A DNA stretch of 64,000 nt from the IMG/VR virus record IMGVR_UViG_3300018475_000104, positions 1 through 64,000 of that record; one strand, written 5' to 3'. Of this stretch, positions 18,629 to 29,510 are shown piece by piece. The number at the start of each line of letters is the position of its first letter. The stretch's first letter is position 1. The notes under the pieces were generated by a model. That model was given only the letters and a program-made list of their open reading frames with translations. It was not told the DNA's origin and searched no databases. The DNA is from a virus (taxonomy: Duplodnaviria; Caudoviricetes). The position numbers and the translations under genes were made by a program.

Positions 18629-20656
18629 TTATAATACGCCGAAAATTGCGTCAATTTCTTCATCTGTTATTGCTACAATACTACTTAATCGTCTATCTTC
18701 TACATAATTAGTAGTTAATTGTTCAATAGTGATATTTTTACTTGTGGCCAACTCAAAATCAGAATCACTCAATAAGTTGTATGTATATGGTGAAACACTT
18801 ATTGTTATCGCATTTGTATTCGCGGCATTAGATATGATAAAATAAATAGATTCATAATTAATTGGAGACCAAGATATGTTTAAATTAACTTTAAGATTTT
18901 TAATATATAAATTTCTTAATGAACTGCACATTCTAAAAGCATCTCGCCAACTTCCAGATTTTGCACCAAAGTTAGTAACATTAATAGCATCAAAAGTACC
19001 AGCATTTTCAATAGCGGTTGCTTCACACATTAGTCCTCGACAGTCACTGGGCAGAGTAATATTGAAATCAGGGTCATCGTGACCAAAAATACCTATTGTT
19101 CTGGCACCATAGTAACTAAACACCTGCGTCGCCCATGTTGCTTTTGCAAAACTATCTCGATATGTTTTATTTCCCCAGTTAGGGTCATTGTTTACATTAA
19201 AAGCGAGATAAAAAGATTTAAATGTATTATCAGGAATAGTTGAATAGCATAATGGTAATTGAGATGTATAATATAGCGTATAATTTGTTCTTCTGGTAAC
19301 ATCACTTATGTAAGAATTATCGCTCCAAAAGATACAGTTTATATACTGCGCGAATTGTACTTGATATGAACCTTGGTTGCCCTGACTCCATTTTGAGTAC
19401 ATGGCTTCATTATTCATATCAAATAAGATATTTGAAAACTATTTAACACCTTCCAACCAAGAATAATATGTCCCTAGCGCACCAGGAAAGGCGGTTAAGG
19501 ATAAAATTGAATTATCCGATGTTGGAACAATTTCAAATACATCATCTTCTACAAAAGTTATCTCAACATTTGAATTAGCTGGATATACTTTAGAAATACC
19601 ATTGGTAATAATTGTTACATCTTCAATACAATAAAACCCTAATACTGTATTCGAACTTAACTTTTGATATAGAGCATCAACATATTCAACATCGGCCTTT
19701 TTTGTTATGGCTTCATTTAATACATCAACAACTTCTTCATTTTCTTGAAAAGCAGCAGCTAACTCTCCAAGAGTATCTAAAGTTTCTGGCGCCGCATTGA
19801 CTAAATCAGCGACTTTTTCATCTACATAATTCTCGGTTGCAACCTTTTTGCTTCCTTCATCTTGATTTGTTCCTGATGTAGAGCCAGTATAAATATCTCC
19901 TTGGAACCAAGCCTCGCCAGTCCATTTTACTGTATGAGCATTTGAACGAGTTGACCCATCGCCATTACCAAGAATATGGGCAAAAGTGCTATTTGCGTCA
20001 GCAATATTATATCTACCTTGCACATGCTGATGTAATGAATCTGCAATAGTATAAGAGCCTTCTGCATGACTAAAAACGCCATTTGCTTCAACATATTGGC
20101 CTTCAGCGTGCGCGCCAGTTGCATTTGCTTGAGCGTAACTACCTTCAGCATGCGCATAAGTTGCATTTTCATTTGTACTGGAATAATTGCCTTCTGCATG
20201 GGAATAACCACCTGCCGCAGTTGTAAAATTTCCTTCAGCATGAGAATAATGACCTGAAGAAGTGGTGTTGTTACCTTCCGCGTGGGAATTATTACCAGAA
20301 GCAGTTGTACTCGCTCCTTCTGCGTGAGCATATCTTGCAGTCGCATGAGTATCATAGCCTTCCGCGTGCGAGGCTGCTGCAGTAGCTTCCGTTTCATAAC
20401 CCTCTGTGTGGGAATGCGTACCAGAAGCAGTGGTACCAAAACCAGAAGCAAATGAATTTTTTCCTTTTGCAAAGGTACCGTTTCCAATTGCAAAAGCATT
20501 TTCACCAAGGGAATAACTTTCATCTTCACTAGCAGTATTTATTCCCCGTAAAGAACCTGAGGTCGTACCATCTACTAAATTATGTGGCGCCGCAGCGTCA
20601 TAAATATCGTAGACGATTTCATTATTAGGCAATTTAATTTGTTTAATTCTTGCCAT
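18629..20656 (-). CDS. Fibre/adhesin with YadA-head-like SHAEG repeats (1 in-frame TAG)
   Basis: About 11 14-aa SHAEG..T.ASG repeats; APETLDTL.ELA motif; TAG at 19439 joins ORFs. Confidence 0.82.
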
Positions 20657-20792
20657 TTGTATGAGCCTCCTTAATTATCTTTTTCAAATTATTGAAGGCA
20701 AAAAATTAAATTCTCTTTTCAAATTCAACTTCTACATTCAATATTAAATCCCTATACTGTTATTATACCATAAAGTATAGGTTTTGTCAAAT

Positions 20793-21020
20793 TTATAAAA
20801 CCAAAATTTCTTGGTTATTAACTGTCGCCCGAGATAGCGAAGTTACACTAAGCATATCAGGTAAATCATTTACATTGGTTTCTCCATCTCCAATCATTAA
20901 ACTGATTGAATTATCTGGATTATCCATTATAATAATTACATTTTCTTTTGGAATGTAGTTGGCTTTAAGCCAATTTTCTTTTGTGTCTCGTTTAATAATT
21001 GCAGGATTTTTCTTTGCCAT
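20793..21020 (-). CDS. Small Mtd_N/hyaluronidase-N-like protein
   Basis: KRDT..NW...IP..IGDG..NDLP. Confidence 0.6.
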   Translation of the reverse strand: MAKKNPAIIKRDTKENWLKANYIPKENVIIIMDNPDNSISLMIGDGETNVNDLPDMLSVTSLSRATVNNQEILVL

Positions 21021-21046
21021 TTTAAACTCCTCACGCATTGTATTTA

Positions 21047-21082
21047 AAAAGCCTCTCCCCTATGTAGAGGAGAGGCCTTTTG
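21047..21082 (-). terminator. Intrinsic terminator
   Basis: GCCTCTCC/GGAGAGGC stem with U-tract. Confidence 0.7.
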
Positions 21083-21123
21083 TTCTATTATTTAATTAGT
21101 TAGTTAAAACTGAGTGAGTTAGA

Positions 21124-22584
21124 TTACTGAACAGTAACATTCTTCTCAGCAACTACGATATCGCCTACGGCAACTTCGATAGCAGCAGGATTGAACTGAG
21201 CAGTCTTAACAGCGTAATCGTGGCAAGTACCAGCAACGGCAACGTCAGCTTCAGTGCCAGCGAACGCAGCATTGATATCAACGGTCTTACCAGTGAAGGT
21301 AGCAGCATCGATATCGGCCTTCTGATAGGAAACGCCAGTGACTAGCGCGCCTTCAGCCTTGGTACCAGCGAAAGCAAGGTTAGCTAGAGCAGCCTTATCA
21401 TAGGAAACACCAGTTACTAGAGCTTCAGCAGCCTTAATACCAGTGAAGGAAGCGCTCTGTACGCCTACTACCTGCTCAGCCATAGTGGGTAGACTATTAG
21501 CGGTGAATTCGTCAGCAGCCTTGGAACCACCATTGAAAGCGTTAATCTTGGAAGCAGAAATAGCTTCAAGACCAGCAGCAGTAAATACTAGAGTTTCATT
21601 GTCGTCAACGGTACCAACGATACCTTCCTTAGCTACGCTATAATCAGCAGCAGCATAATCAAGAGTTGCAGCGGTGAAAGCACCTTCCTTGAAGGAAGCC
21701 TGAGTACCTACACCAGTGATAGCATTGAAGGTCGCGCCGGATAGAGCAACGGAAACTTCGCCAGCAGGAGTGTAATCAGCCTTGGTTAGAGTTGCAGGAG
21801 TAGCAGCATGAGTAAAGTCAGCAGAAACAGTACCAGCAGGAGTATAATCACCCTTGGTTAGAGTAGCATCAGCAGCAGCATACTTGGCAGTTACAGCAAT
21901 TTCACCATCTACCGCAACTGTACCAGTTACATTACCAGCAGGGGTGAACTTACCAGTAGAGTTCACAGCCTGCTCAGACTGTTCAAGTTCAACAGTGATG
22001 GAACCAGCAGACTGACCAGTAGCCTTTACGCCAGTAATGGTCTCGCCAGCAACGGTGCCGGCGGCGCTGTCTTTGTAAGCTAGATCGCCAAGTTCGCTCT
22101 TTAACTGATAGGGTTTTAAAGCTTCATTTAGAGCAGTCTCAGTTACATAACCGGTTAGGCTCATCTTGGTGGAGCCGATAGCTTCCCAAGTATAGGTATA
22201 AGCGCCTTCCGCACCAGAACGAATAGTGATATACTCAACGTACTCACCAGCAGCAGAGTCAGCATTCTGGATTAGGTATAGCTTATACATTGTATCAGCA
22301 GAAGCAGCAACATTAGGTTTGCCATCGTCGCCAGCTGTGCCAATTACTACGTCAAACTTATTAATGGAACCGACCTGAGCGTCAACATATTCCTTAATTT
22401 TTGTATCGCTTTCAAATACGCCGTCTTTCTGTACATAACTTAGAGCAGCAAGGTCAGCAGAAATAGATTCAATACTTTCACGAGCAATAACGTCTTTTAC
22501 TTCATAAGTCTTTCCACCAATTTGAATTTTGGAAAGTAGTCCGTTAGCTTCAACTTTCTTTGCGTTTAGGATTTCTAAAGCCAT
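21124..22584 (-). CDS. Abundant virion structural protein (head/tail fibre-like)
   Basis: TPAG.V repeats, YTWEAIG motif, strong GCT/GGT/GTT codon bias. Confidence 0.65.
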   Translation of the reverse strand: MALEILNAKKVEANGLLSKIQIGGKTYEVKDVIARESIESISADLAALSYVQKDGVFESDTKIKEYVDAQVGSINKFDVVIGTAGDDGKPNVAASADTMYKLYLIQNADSAAGEYVEYITIRSGAEGAYTYTWEAIGSTKMSLTGYVTETALNEALKPYQLKSELGDLAYKDSAAGTVAGETITGVKATGQSAGSITVELEQSEQAVNSTGKFTPAGNVTGTVAVDGEIAVTAKYAAADATLTKGDYTPAGTVSADFTHAATPATLTKADYTPAGEVSVALSGATFNAITGVGTQASFKEGAFTAATLDYAAADYSVAKEGIVGTVDDNETLVFTAAGLEAISASKINAFNGGSKAADEFTANSLPTMAEQVVGVQSASFTGIKAAEALVTGVSYDKAALANLAFAGTKAEGALVTGVSYQKADIDAATFTGKTVDINAAFAGTEADVAVAGTCHDYAVKTAQFNPAAIEVAVGDIVVAEKNVTVQ

Positions 22585-22613
22585 TTTAAAATTCCTCCAA
22601 AAAATCATTTTTT

Positions 22614-23114
22614 TTAGTCTTGGGTGAAGATAATTAATTCTTCATCCGCATTTATCGTTAATTCAAACTTTTCACTAAGCTCCTTTGTAATGGCTCTTTG
22701 TGTCATTGTGCCATCTTCATTGTCGCCAGTGGTTGAATATAACTTCATAACTCCAGCAAGCTCTTCTGAGGCTAAATTTAAATCTTTATTTAGTTTCTCA
22801 TAGTTCTCGCCGTTAAAATAATAAAGTTGACTTGTTTTCAAGTCGATGTAGAGTCTTGTTGTATAAGCAAGAATCTATATTGTGCAGTCGGCGTCTTCGT
22901 AGAAGTTATCTTCTTTATAATACCCTTGCTGAATAAAGTCATTCATAAACTTTAAATGGCCAAAGGTACTTACTCCGTCGCCGCATACGGCGCGAAGACC
23001 ATTTCTAGCAGTATCAACTAGACAAATTTCACCATTTGCAGGAATAAAAGTATCCTTTATCTTCGCATAATTGTAATCATTATCACGTCTTAGTCTTAGA
23101 ACTGCATTTATCAT
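22614..23114 (-). CDS. Mtd_N-like tail protein (1 in-frame TAG)
   Basis: LRLRRDN...P.NGE..GDG; TAG at 22875 joins ORFs. Confidence 0.7.
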
Positions 23115-23128
23115 TATCGGTGACCTCC

Positions 23129-24331
23129 TTAGATGTTATCAGTTGCGGAGCCACCGTAGAAAATTACATATTCTCCCTCAGTTTGAGTTAGTTTATTGAC
23201 ATTAATTGAAGCCATATAATAAGGCTCAATTGCATAGTGACATTCATCATTGCTTAGGTTGATTCTAATGGAATCAGAAGCAATTTTTAATCCATCGGCA
23301 TTATACCAATCGATTCGATAGCTATAACCGATATATCTCTGAAGACTTGATTGGTCTCCATAATAACTCCAAGAATCAGAAGCTTCATCATACTTAGCAA
23401 CAGCTAACCATGTGGGCTGGAACTTTCTTCCATAAGCATCTTCCTTTAGGTCATATAGAATCTCTGGGTCTTCATTTCCATTTAAGTTTTCTTTATAACC
23501 AACTGCTTCCTCATTGGGAGCATAAGTTCTTAAAGTGACATAATAAGCATTTGGGTCGCCGCCTGGGCCAACTGCTTGTTTGTGATAATCGGCATCAGCA
23601 GGGCACATAATACGGATTTCTTTTTCACCGATATCGACTAATGTTCCTTCGGGAGCATCTAAAATCTCATATTTGTTTAGGCTAGAAAGTTCACGGACTT
23701 CTTCTTTGGAAGCATAATCTTCCATAATGGCCGCAACATCCTGCTGAATTTCTTCAACTACGTCATTTGTTACGTAATTGCTTAGGTCAGCAATACCTGC
23801 TAGTTTATCCCATTCAGTACCGGTCCAAGCAACGTTATCACCGGCTTCGATATTATCAGCAACACTGGGGTTTTTGATGTTATAAACATCACCAATCTCA
23901 TTGTCTTCTGTTGATAGGTCAGAAAAATTATCAACACTGCCGCGGAAGTTATAAACAGTTGCTACTTTATCTTCTAAAGCTTTTACTCTTTTCGCCAGGT
24001 CTTCAACAGTATCAGTGTTTGGCAACTCCCAAACAACTTCTCCATCTTCTCCCTTCACTAAATGTGCGCCAACTTCTGCGTCTTCAAACCCAACAAGTTG
24101 AATATTTTTGTCTTTAATTAAAATTGATTTTCCGTCACCAGAAAGTTCTTCGCCGCCAAAGTATTCAAGTTGTTCCCAGGATTTTACTCCATCGCCAACT
24201 TTCATCTTAACTTTTCCGCTTTCTTGGAACTCGAAGCCAACTTCGCCTTTTAAAAGAACTTGGTCTTTCGCCGCAAGCCAATTAGCAGAACTGTCGTTAC
24301 GAAGAACAATTCTTGTATTAAGCTGAGACAT
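23129..24331 (-). CDS. Mtd_N/hyaluronidase-N-domain tail protein
   Basis: LRND...W...LLKGE.G..KMKVGDG..W..L.Y. Confidence 0.78.
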   Translation of the reverse strand: MSQLNTRIVLRNDSSANWLAAKDQVLLKGEVGFEFQESGKVKMKVGDGVKSWEQLEYFGGEELSGDGKSILIKDKNIQLVGFEDAEVGAHLVKGEDGEVVWELPNTDTVEDLAKRVKALEDKVATVYNFRGSVDNFSDLSTEDNEIGDVYNIKNPSVADNIEAGDNVAWTGTEWDKLAGIADLSNYVTNDVVEEIQQDVAAIMEDYASKEEVRELSSLNKYEILDAPEGTLVDIGEKEIRIMCPADADYHKQAVGPGGDPNAYYVTLRTYAPNEEAVGYKENLNGNEDPEILYDLKEDAYGRKFQPTWLAVAKYDEASDSWSYYGDQSSLQRYIGYSYRIDWYNADGLKIASDSIRINLSNDECHYAIEPYYMASINVNKLTQTEGEYVIFYGGSATDNI

Positions 24332-24683
24332 TAGCATTTCCTCCATGAATTAGTTGTATTTCCTAAATATTTTCCCCTGTGGTTAGAGGTTCATATTTTA
24401 AGCTTTCAGTATTCCATTGATAGAGAAGCTTTTCCTGCTCTGCTTTATAAATCGTGTTTGCCTTTCCGATTGAAGGGAAATCATAATGCGTTAAAGCATT
24501 AATAACATTATCCTCTCCAATATAAGGTAAATCATTCCAGGCAGTTACACCATCACCGATTTTTAAACGATTTTCATCAATTATAAAACCAGGCTCGCCG
24601 CGGCTAAGTACAGGATTATTTTTTGCCCATACGGCTGCATTACCACGACGAAGTTGAAAAGTAGTTTTAATAACCTCAGCCAT
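24318..24683 (-). CDS. Mtd_N-like tail protein (TAG near C-terminus)
   Basis: FQLRRG..W...NPVL.RGEPG..LKIGDG; readthrough gives IHGGNA, like the paralogues' IFYGGSA. Confidence 0.75.
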
Positions 24684-24964
24684 TATTCTTCCTCTCCTCC
24701 GTCATAGATAATATCACCACTACCAGGTGTGTCTCCACCGCCACCACTTCCACCGCCAGAGGTAGATGTGGGTTTTAGCTTCCATTCACCGAAACTATTT
24801 AAGACATAAGTGGCGCCAGTATTAATTACATAGCACTCACTGCCCATAGGCACACCTATTACACTAATCAAAGAAATATCTGATTCATTGTCGCACTCGA
24901 AATACTTTGTCGGTACATTAGGAGTATTACCAACTTTTCTTAAAATGTAAGGCACTAAAACCAC
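24683..24964 (-). CDS. Small tail-associated protein
   Basis: GSECYVI....Y.L...GEW motif. Confidence 0.6.
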   Translation of the reverse strand: MVLVPYILRKVGNTPNVPTKYFECDNESDISLISVIGVPMGSECYVINTGATYVLNSFGEWKLKPTSTSGGGSGGGGDTPGSGDIIYDGGEEE

Positions 24965-24978
24965 CTCCTTAATAAAAA

Positions 24979-25275
24979 TTATTCTACTTCAGGAGAACTA
25001 CCCTTAATCTTCGTTACGATTTCAGAAATAGCAGAGCTGCCTCCCATTAAACAGAAAGCGGTAAGAATTTGTCCTGCTATAGTTGGTTCAGCAACCATAC
25101 CAATTGCGCAAATAATGTCTAAGCCGTAACTAAAGACAATACCAGACGCAGAAGCTGCTGCAACTGCCATTGTGATATATTTTCCAAAAGAGCAATTAGA
25201 CCATAGAACTTTTAGTCTATCAATAATATACCACATAACAGTAGAAAGCGTCACAATTAATGTTAGCATTTCCAT
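24979..25275 (-). CDS. Holin-like membrane protein
   Basis: Three hydrophobic segments; GQILT...GGS; adjacent to a lysin. Confidence 0.7.
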   Translation of the reverse strand: MEMLTLIVTLSTVMWYIIDRLKVLWSNCSFGKYITMAVAAASASGIVFSYGLDIICAIGMVAEPTIAGQILTAFCLMGGSSAISEIVTKIKGSSPEVE

Positions 25276-25289
25276 AACTTAATCCTCCT

Positions 25290-26456
25290 TTAATAATATT
25301 TTGGGTCTCTGAATTTTGTCCAAGCATCGCCTTTGGTTACTCTGTCTGAGACAAAATCATAACCCTGCCTATTATTTAAGTCGGTTAGTTGACAAGCTTG
25401 CGCGCCGCCGTAGAATTCTACAACGTAGCCGCCGCCAACATAAGTTCCAATATGGCCATTCTTTCCAACCCAATCTCCAGGTTTTAAAGAAGACTTATTA
25501 ATAGCCGCAGAGGCCGAACTGCTACACAAATAATTAGCAGTTGCATCATATGCCCCTGCTACCAACTTATGCTTTCTCAAATAACCAACAACAGAGCCAG
25601 AACAATCAGCAGCAGGTAATTTTGAAGAGCGTTTTATTTGCGCAAGCATCCATTCTTTTCTGCCTCCATTAAAGTAGCCAGGATAAATACTAGCTTGCCG
25701 TTCAATTTCTTTTGCATCTGCATAATTTATTTGACCATTTTTATCATAAAGATTTGCTCCATACACATACAGCGCGCGAGGTTGTTTGTCCCCAGGGACG
25801 TCCTTATCGTATGCGTAATCAAGCAATTCTAAGCAGATAGCTCTTCTAATTTCGCTTACTGATTCAAGTTCTTTTTCAATTGCTTTTCTTTTATCGACAG
25901 CAATGTGAACAAATTCATCTAATAAGCCAGGCTCCTCCTTTTCGGGTTTAACCATAGCTTTTTCAACTGCGTCCCAAGTTACCTTATTAATCGTTTCAGT
26001 AACTTTTAGGTTATTTTGCTCTTGAAAGTTTCTTACTGCGACTTTTGTATCACTTCCAAAAGAATCTCGCTTAATGGCAGTTACACTAAGTGAGTAATAA
26101 CCTAGCTCAAAGAGGCAATCTTTCATGTATCGAACATCTTTTCCGCTCATACCCCATTTAAGTTCGCGAGTATAGTGAGTTTTTTCCAGAGATAAAGCAT
26201 CCTGTTCGATTGCTTCCCAGACATTTTTATTAATTTGTCCGTTAATTACGAAAGTTTTTCCTGTGAGAGATTTTCTCTTTGATTGGTATTTTTTTACAGC
26301 TTCAACAGTATCATTGCCGAAGGTCTTACTCTTGATATCTTTTATAGAATCATCATAATAACCAAGGTTAAATAATTTTTCTTTGATATAAAAGACATCT
26401 GCGCCAGTCATACCTCGTTTTAAAGTTCGTGTAAACTGCATAGATACCTCCCTCAC
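25290..26456 (-). CDS. Endolysin: PG-binding repeats plus NlpC/P60 domain
   Basis: LKRGM.G.DV twice; ADCSG, LKPGDWV, GHIG. Confidence 0.85.
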   Translation of the reverse strand: MREVSMQFTRTLKRGMTGADVFYIKEKLFNLGYYDDSIKDIKSKTFGNDTVEAVKKYQSKRKSLTGKTFVINGQINKNVWEAIEQDALSLEKTHYTRELKWGMSGKDVRYMKDCLFELGYYSLSVTAIKRDSFGSDTKVAVRNFQEQNNLKVTETINKVTWDAVEKAMVKPEKEEPGLLDEFVHIAVDKRKAIEKELESVSEIRRAICLELLDYAYDKDVPGDKQPRALYVYGANLYDKNGQINYADAKEIERQASIYPGYFNGGRKEWMLAQIKRSSKLPAADCSGSVVGYLRKHKLVAGAYDATANYLCSSSASAAINKSSLKPGDWVGKNGHIGTYVGGGYVVEFYGGAQACQLTDLNNRQGYDFVSDRVTKGDAWTKFRDPKYY

Positions 26457-26572
26457 TCGCTATTTTTAAGTAGGTTTGGTCTGTGGGGACTTTAAGAATT
26501 TCGGAATTTGATTTTTAAAAAAAATTGTGGTATAATAAAAGAAAGTAAACGAAAGGAGAATAAATAATAATT

Positions 26573-26974
26573 ATGAATTATAGTGAAAAAGATTATAAAG
26601 AAATGGATTATTTAACTAATGCTGTATTAGTTAATCTATTTACTTTAAGTAAGAATAGTAATGGTGAAATTAATTTTGATAGAATTAATTTTAACGATAA
26701 GGCGCATTTATGTGTATTAAAAATAGCAGAACAAATGCGAGCTTTTTCTGATGTTAGTATTAATGTAGGAAAAACAAATTTAATTAGGCTATTTTTTTAC
26801 AATTGGAAAAAGAAAGAAAAAATAAAAATTGCCAAAATTGGATATATTGATTATATTCAGATAGAAGATTTAATTAATTTTACTTGTCGCGGTCAAGAAA
26901 ATGGAAGAGAAATGCTTGAAGCGGCATATGATTGTTTCTTTAATATTAAAAAGGGGAAAAAAAATGATTTATAA
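26573..26974 (+). CDS. Hypothetical protein
   Basis: AAGGAG RBS after a promoter. Confidence 0.6.
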   Translation: MNYSEKDYKEMDYLTNAVLVNLFTLSKNSNGEINFDRINFNDKAHLCVLKIAEQMRAFSDVSINVGKTNLIRLFFYNWKKKEKIKIAKIGYIDYIQIEDLINFTCRGQENGREMLEAAYDCFFNIKKGKKNDL

Positions 26975-27419
26975 GCTATACACAGATGGTGCGACTTCTA
27001 ACAATGGATATGAAGATTCACGTGGTGGATATGCTTGGGCGCTATTGGCGAACGATAAGTTATATGATTATGAAAGTTATATGGTATCACCAGCCACCAA
27101 TAATTATTGTGAATTAATGGCCTTAATTCAGGGGTGCGAAAGAGTAGAAGCAGACCTTGAACCTTTTGATGTTGTTTTAGTTTATAGTGATAGTGCTTAT
27201 TGTATTAATTGCTATAAACAGCGTTGGTATGAAAATTGGCAAAGAAATGGTTGGATAAATTCAAAAAAACAGCCAGTTGCTAATCGTGAATTATGGGAAA
27301 AACTAATCCCTTATTTTTATGATGTAAGATTTAAGTTTGAAAAAGTAAAAGGTCATACAGATGATAAATGGAATAATTTTGTAGATAAATTAGCTGTGGA
27401 GGCAAAATTTAATGGATAA
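26964..27419 (+). CDS. rnhA: Ribonuclease HI
   Basis: YTDG, TNNYCELMA, SDSAY, W..NGW, V.N.ELW, KVKGH, N..VD.LA. Confidence 0.95.
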   Translation: MIYKLYTDGATSNNGYEDSRGGYAWALLANDKLYDYESYMVSPATNNYCELMALIQGCERVEADLEPFDVVLVYSDSAYCINCYKQRWYENWQRNGWINSKKQPVANRELWEKLIPYFYDVRFKFEKVKGHTDDKWNNFVDKLAVEAKFNG

Positions 27420-27936
27420 GATAATAATTGTTAATGGGAGTGCTGGCAGTGGTAAAGATACTTTTGTAGATTTTTGTTTGGAGATATTAGGCCCTTATGG
27501 AGCGAAAGTGTCAACTGTGGACTTTGTGAAATACCTCGCAGCACAGTGCGGCTGGGATGGCACAAAGACTTTAGAAAATAGAAAATTTTTAAGCGATTTA
27601 AAAGATTTGCTTACAAAATGGGCCGATGTTCCTTATCACAAAACAATGTGTGAAATTGAAAATCATTTTTTTGGTTTGGGACAGTTTGATTTGAGAGACA
27701 TGGGCGTTGTATTTGTAATGTGTCGAGAGCCAGAAGAAATTCAAAAATTTGTTGAACGCACTGGCGCAAAGACCTTATGTATACGGCGCCAAAGCGCAGA
27801 AAAACAGGCAACATCTAATCATGCCGATGCAAAAGTTTTAGAATATGAATATGATTATTATATTGATAATAACCATTCACTTGAGCATTTGAAAATAGCC
27901 GCAAAAACTTTTGTTGACTTAATTAGAAAAAAGTGA
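27412..27936 (+). CDS. Deoxynucleoside monophosphate kinase-like P-loop protein
   Basis: NGSAGSGKDT; CREP.EI. Confidence 0.75.
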   Translation: MDKIIIVNGSAGSGKDTFVDFCLEILGPYGAKVSTVDFVKYLAAQCGWDGTKTLENRKFLSDLKDLLTKWADVPYHKTMCEIENHFFGLGQFDLRDMGVVFVMCREPEEIQKFVERTGAKTLCIRRQSAEKQATSNHADAKVLEYEYDYYIDNNHSLEHLKIAAKTFVDLIRKK

Positions 27937-27971
27937 TATAATTATAATAGAAAGTGAAAGGAGAAAATAAA

Positions 27972-29084
27972 ATGATTGATAATGTAGATTTTCACAATAT
28001 GGAGAATCAGAAATATTGGTCGTTTCCTTCTGGTTATAAAAAGGACGCTCGCGCTGAAACACGCAATATGATTTTTAGCGGCGATTATATTGGTGCCAGA
28101 AAAATCGACGGCGCATTCTACAAATTTATAAAGCATGACGATGGTACAATGGAGTTGCTTGGGCGCAGTAAATCCGTAAGTGGAGATTATTTGAATAAGA
28201 TTGATTGGGTTCCTCAACTTCATTCTTTCTTTGAAAGTTTACCTAATGGCACTTGCCTGCTTGGTGAACTCTACTTTCCTAATAACGAGGGTAGCAATAA
28301 GGTAACAACCATTATGGGATGTTTGCTTGAGAAAGCCCATCAGCGACAGGAAGTAGGTCAAAAGCTTCACTACTATGTTTTTGATGTATTGGCTTGGAAT
28401 GGTAAGAGTCTATATAAGGAAAATATTGAAAAGAGAATTGAATATCTTGAAAGTCAAATAGTAGAAGAAGTAGTTACATCTTTTGAAACTTATATTCAAG
28501 TTGCTGAATATGCTGAAGGCGAAAAATTATGGAATTTTCTTCAGGCGACTCTCGCTAATGGCGGTGAAGGTATTGTAATCACCAAAAAAGGAACCTGTTA
28601 CCAGCCTGGTAAACGTCCCGCGCGCCAGACTCTTAAAGTAAAGAAAGAATTGCAGGAAACTATCGATTGCTTCTTTACTGGTCATTTTTCTCCTCCCACT
28701 CGTGTCTATACTGGCAAAGAAATTGAGAGTTGGAAATATTGGGAAAATCTCCAAACTGGTGAAAAAGTTGAAGGCGCGCTGTATAAGGACTATTATAATG
28801 GCGCCCCTCTTGAAGCAGTTACCAAACCTTACTTTAATGGTTGGGCAGGCAGTTTGGAAATTGGTGTAGTTAAGGGGAATAAGGTGGTGCCAATTGGTTA
28901 TTTAAGTGGGCTTACTGATGAAATAAAAGCAAATCCCGCAAAGTATAAAGGCGTTTGCATTGAAGTCAGCGCGATGCAGTTCACTGATGACGGCGCCTTG
29001 CGTCATGCAAAAATGATTCAATTCCGACCTGACCTCAACTTTAAGGATTGCACTTGGGAAAAAATGAGAGGTATCGAAGAATGA
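27972..29084 (+). CDS. ATP-dependent DNA ligase
   Basis: KIDG, LLGE, FDVL, EGIV.K...Y.PGKR..K.K, LRH...R.D. Confidence 0.9.
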   Translation: MIDNVDFHNMENQKYWSFPSGYKKDARAETRNMIFSGDYIGARKIDGAFYKFIKHDDGTMELLGRSKSVSGDYLNKIDWVPQLHSFFESLPNGTCLLGELYFPNNEGSNKVTTIMGCLLEKAHQRQEVGQKLHYYVFDVLAWNGKSLYKENIEKRIEYLESQIVEEVVTSFETYIQVAEYAEGEKLWNFLQATLANGGEGIVITKKGTCYQPGKRPARQTLKVKKELQETIDCFFTGHFSPPTRVYTGKEIESWKYWENLQTGEKVEGALYKDYYNGAPLEAVTKPYFNGWAGSLEIGVVKGNKVVPIGYLSGLTDEIKANPAKYKGVCIEVSAMQFTDDGALRHAKMIQFRPDLNFKDCTWEKMRGIEE

Positions 29085-29482
29085 GTAAGGGTGAAGAAAA
29101 AATTATTTCTCTTCTCCAACGTTCGCCTTATTCTTTTGAGCGAGAAAAATCTTTTTAGGATTTCCGAAATGGGAAATATCGTTTTGATTTTTTTCTTCCT
29201 CAAATAAACACTTGTATCGAAGTCGATGGGGTACAACACTTCCAAATTGTACCCCATTTTCATAAAACTCGCCAAGACTTCCTCCAAGCACAAGAGCGCG
29301 ACAGACGTAAAAATTCTTTTTGCCTTGCGCGCAAGATTACATTGATTCGTATTCCTTATTGGGAAATAGATAAGCTAAATTCCTATTTTGATATATTCAA
29401 CTCAAAATTTTTGGTAAAAAATAGATATCACAATGATTATATAAAGGTCCCAAAAGAATATACTTCCTCTTCTAAAAAATGA
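29081..29482 (+). CDS. DUF559/Vsr-like PD-(D/E)XK endonuclease (1 in-frame TAG; absent from the ORF track)
   Basis: MSKGEEKI...EKSF[TAG]D..RFDFFL..IEVDG.QHF...D..KN..LIRIPYW. Confidence 0.85.
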
Positions 29483-29510
29483 CTTTAAAAAAGAGAAGAG
29501 GAGGTATGTC

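Noticed and set aside
20040-20520. 42-nt periodic repeats as CRISPR or DGR elements
   Set aside because: They are degenerate coding SHAEG repeats; no cas or reverse-transcriptase gene is present.
13896-24683. Fragmented tail genes as pseudogenes or frameshifts
   Set aside because: Every break is an in-frame TAG; no TAA, TGA or frameshift interruptions were seen.
26457-26572. Replication origin at the strand switch
   Set aside because: Only divergent promoter elements are visible; no iterons or DnaA boxes.
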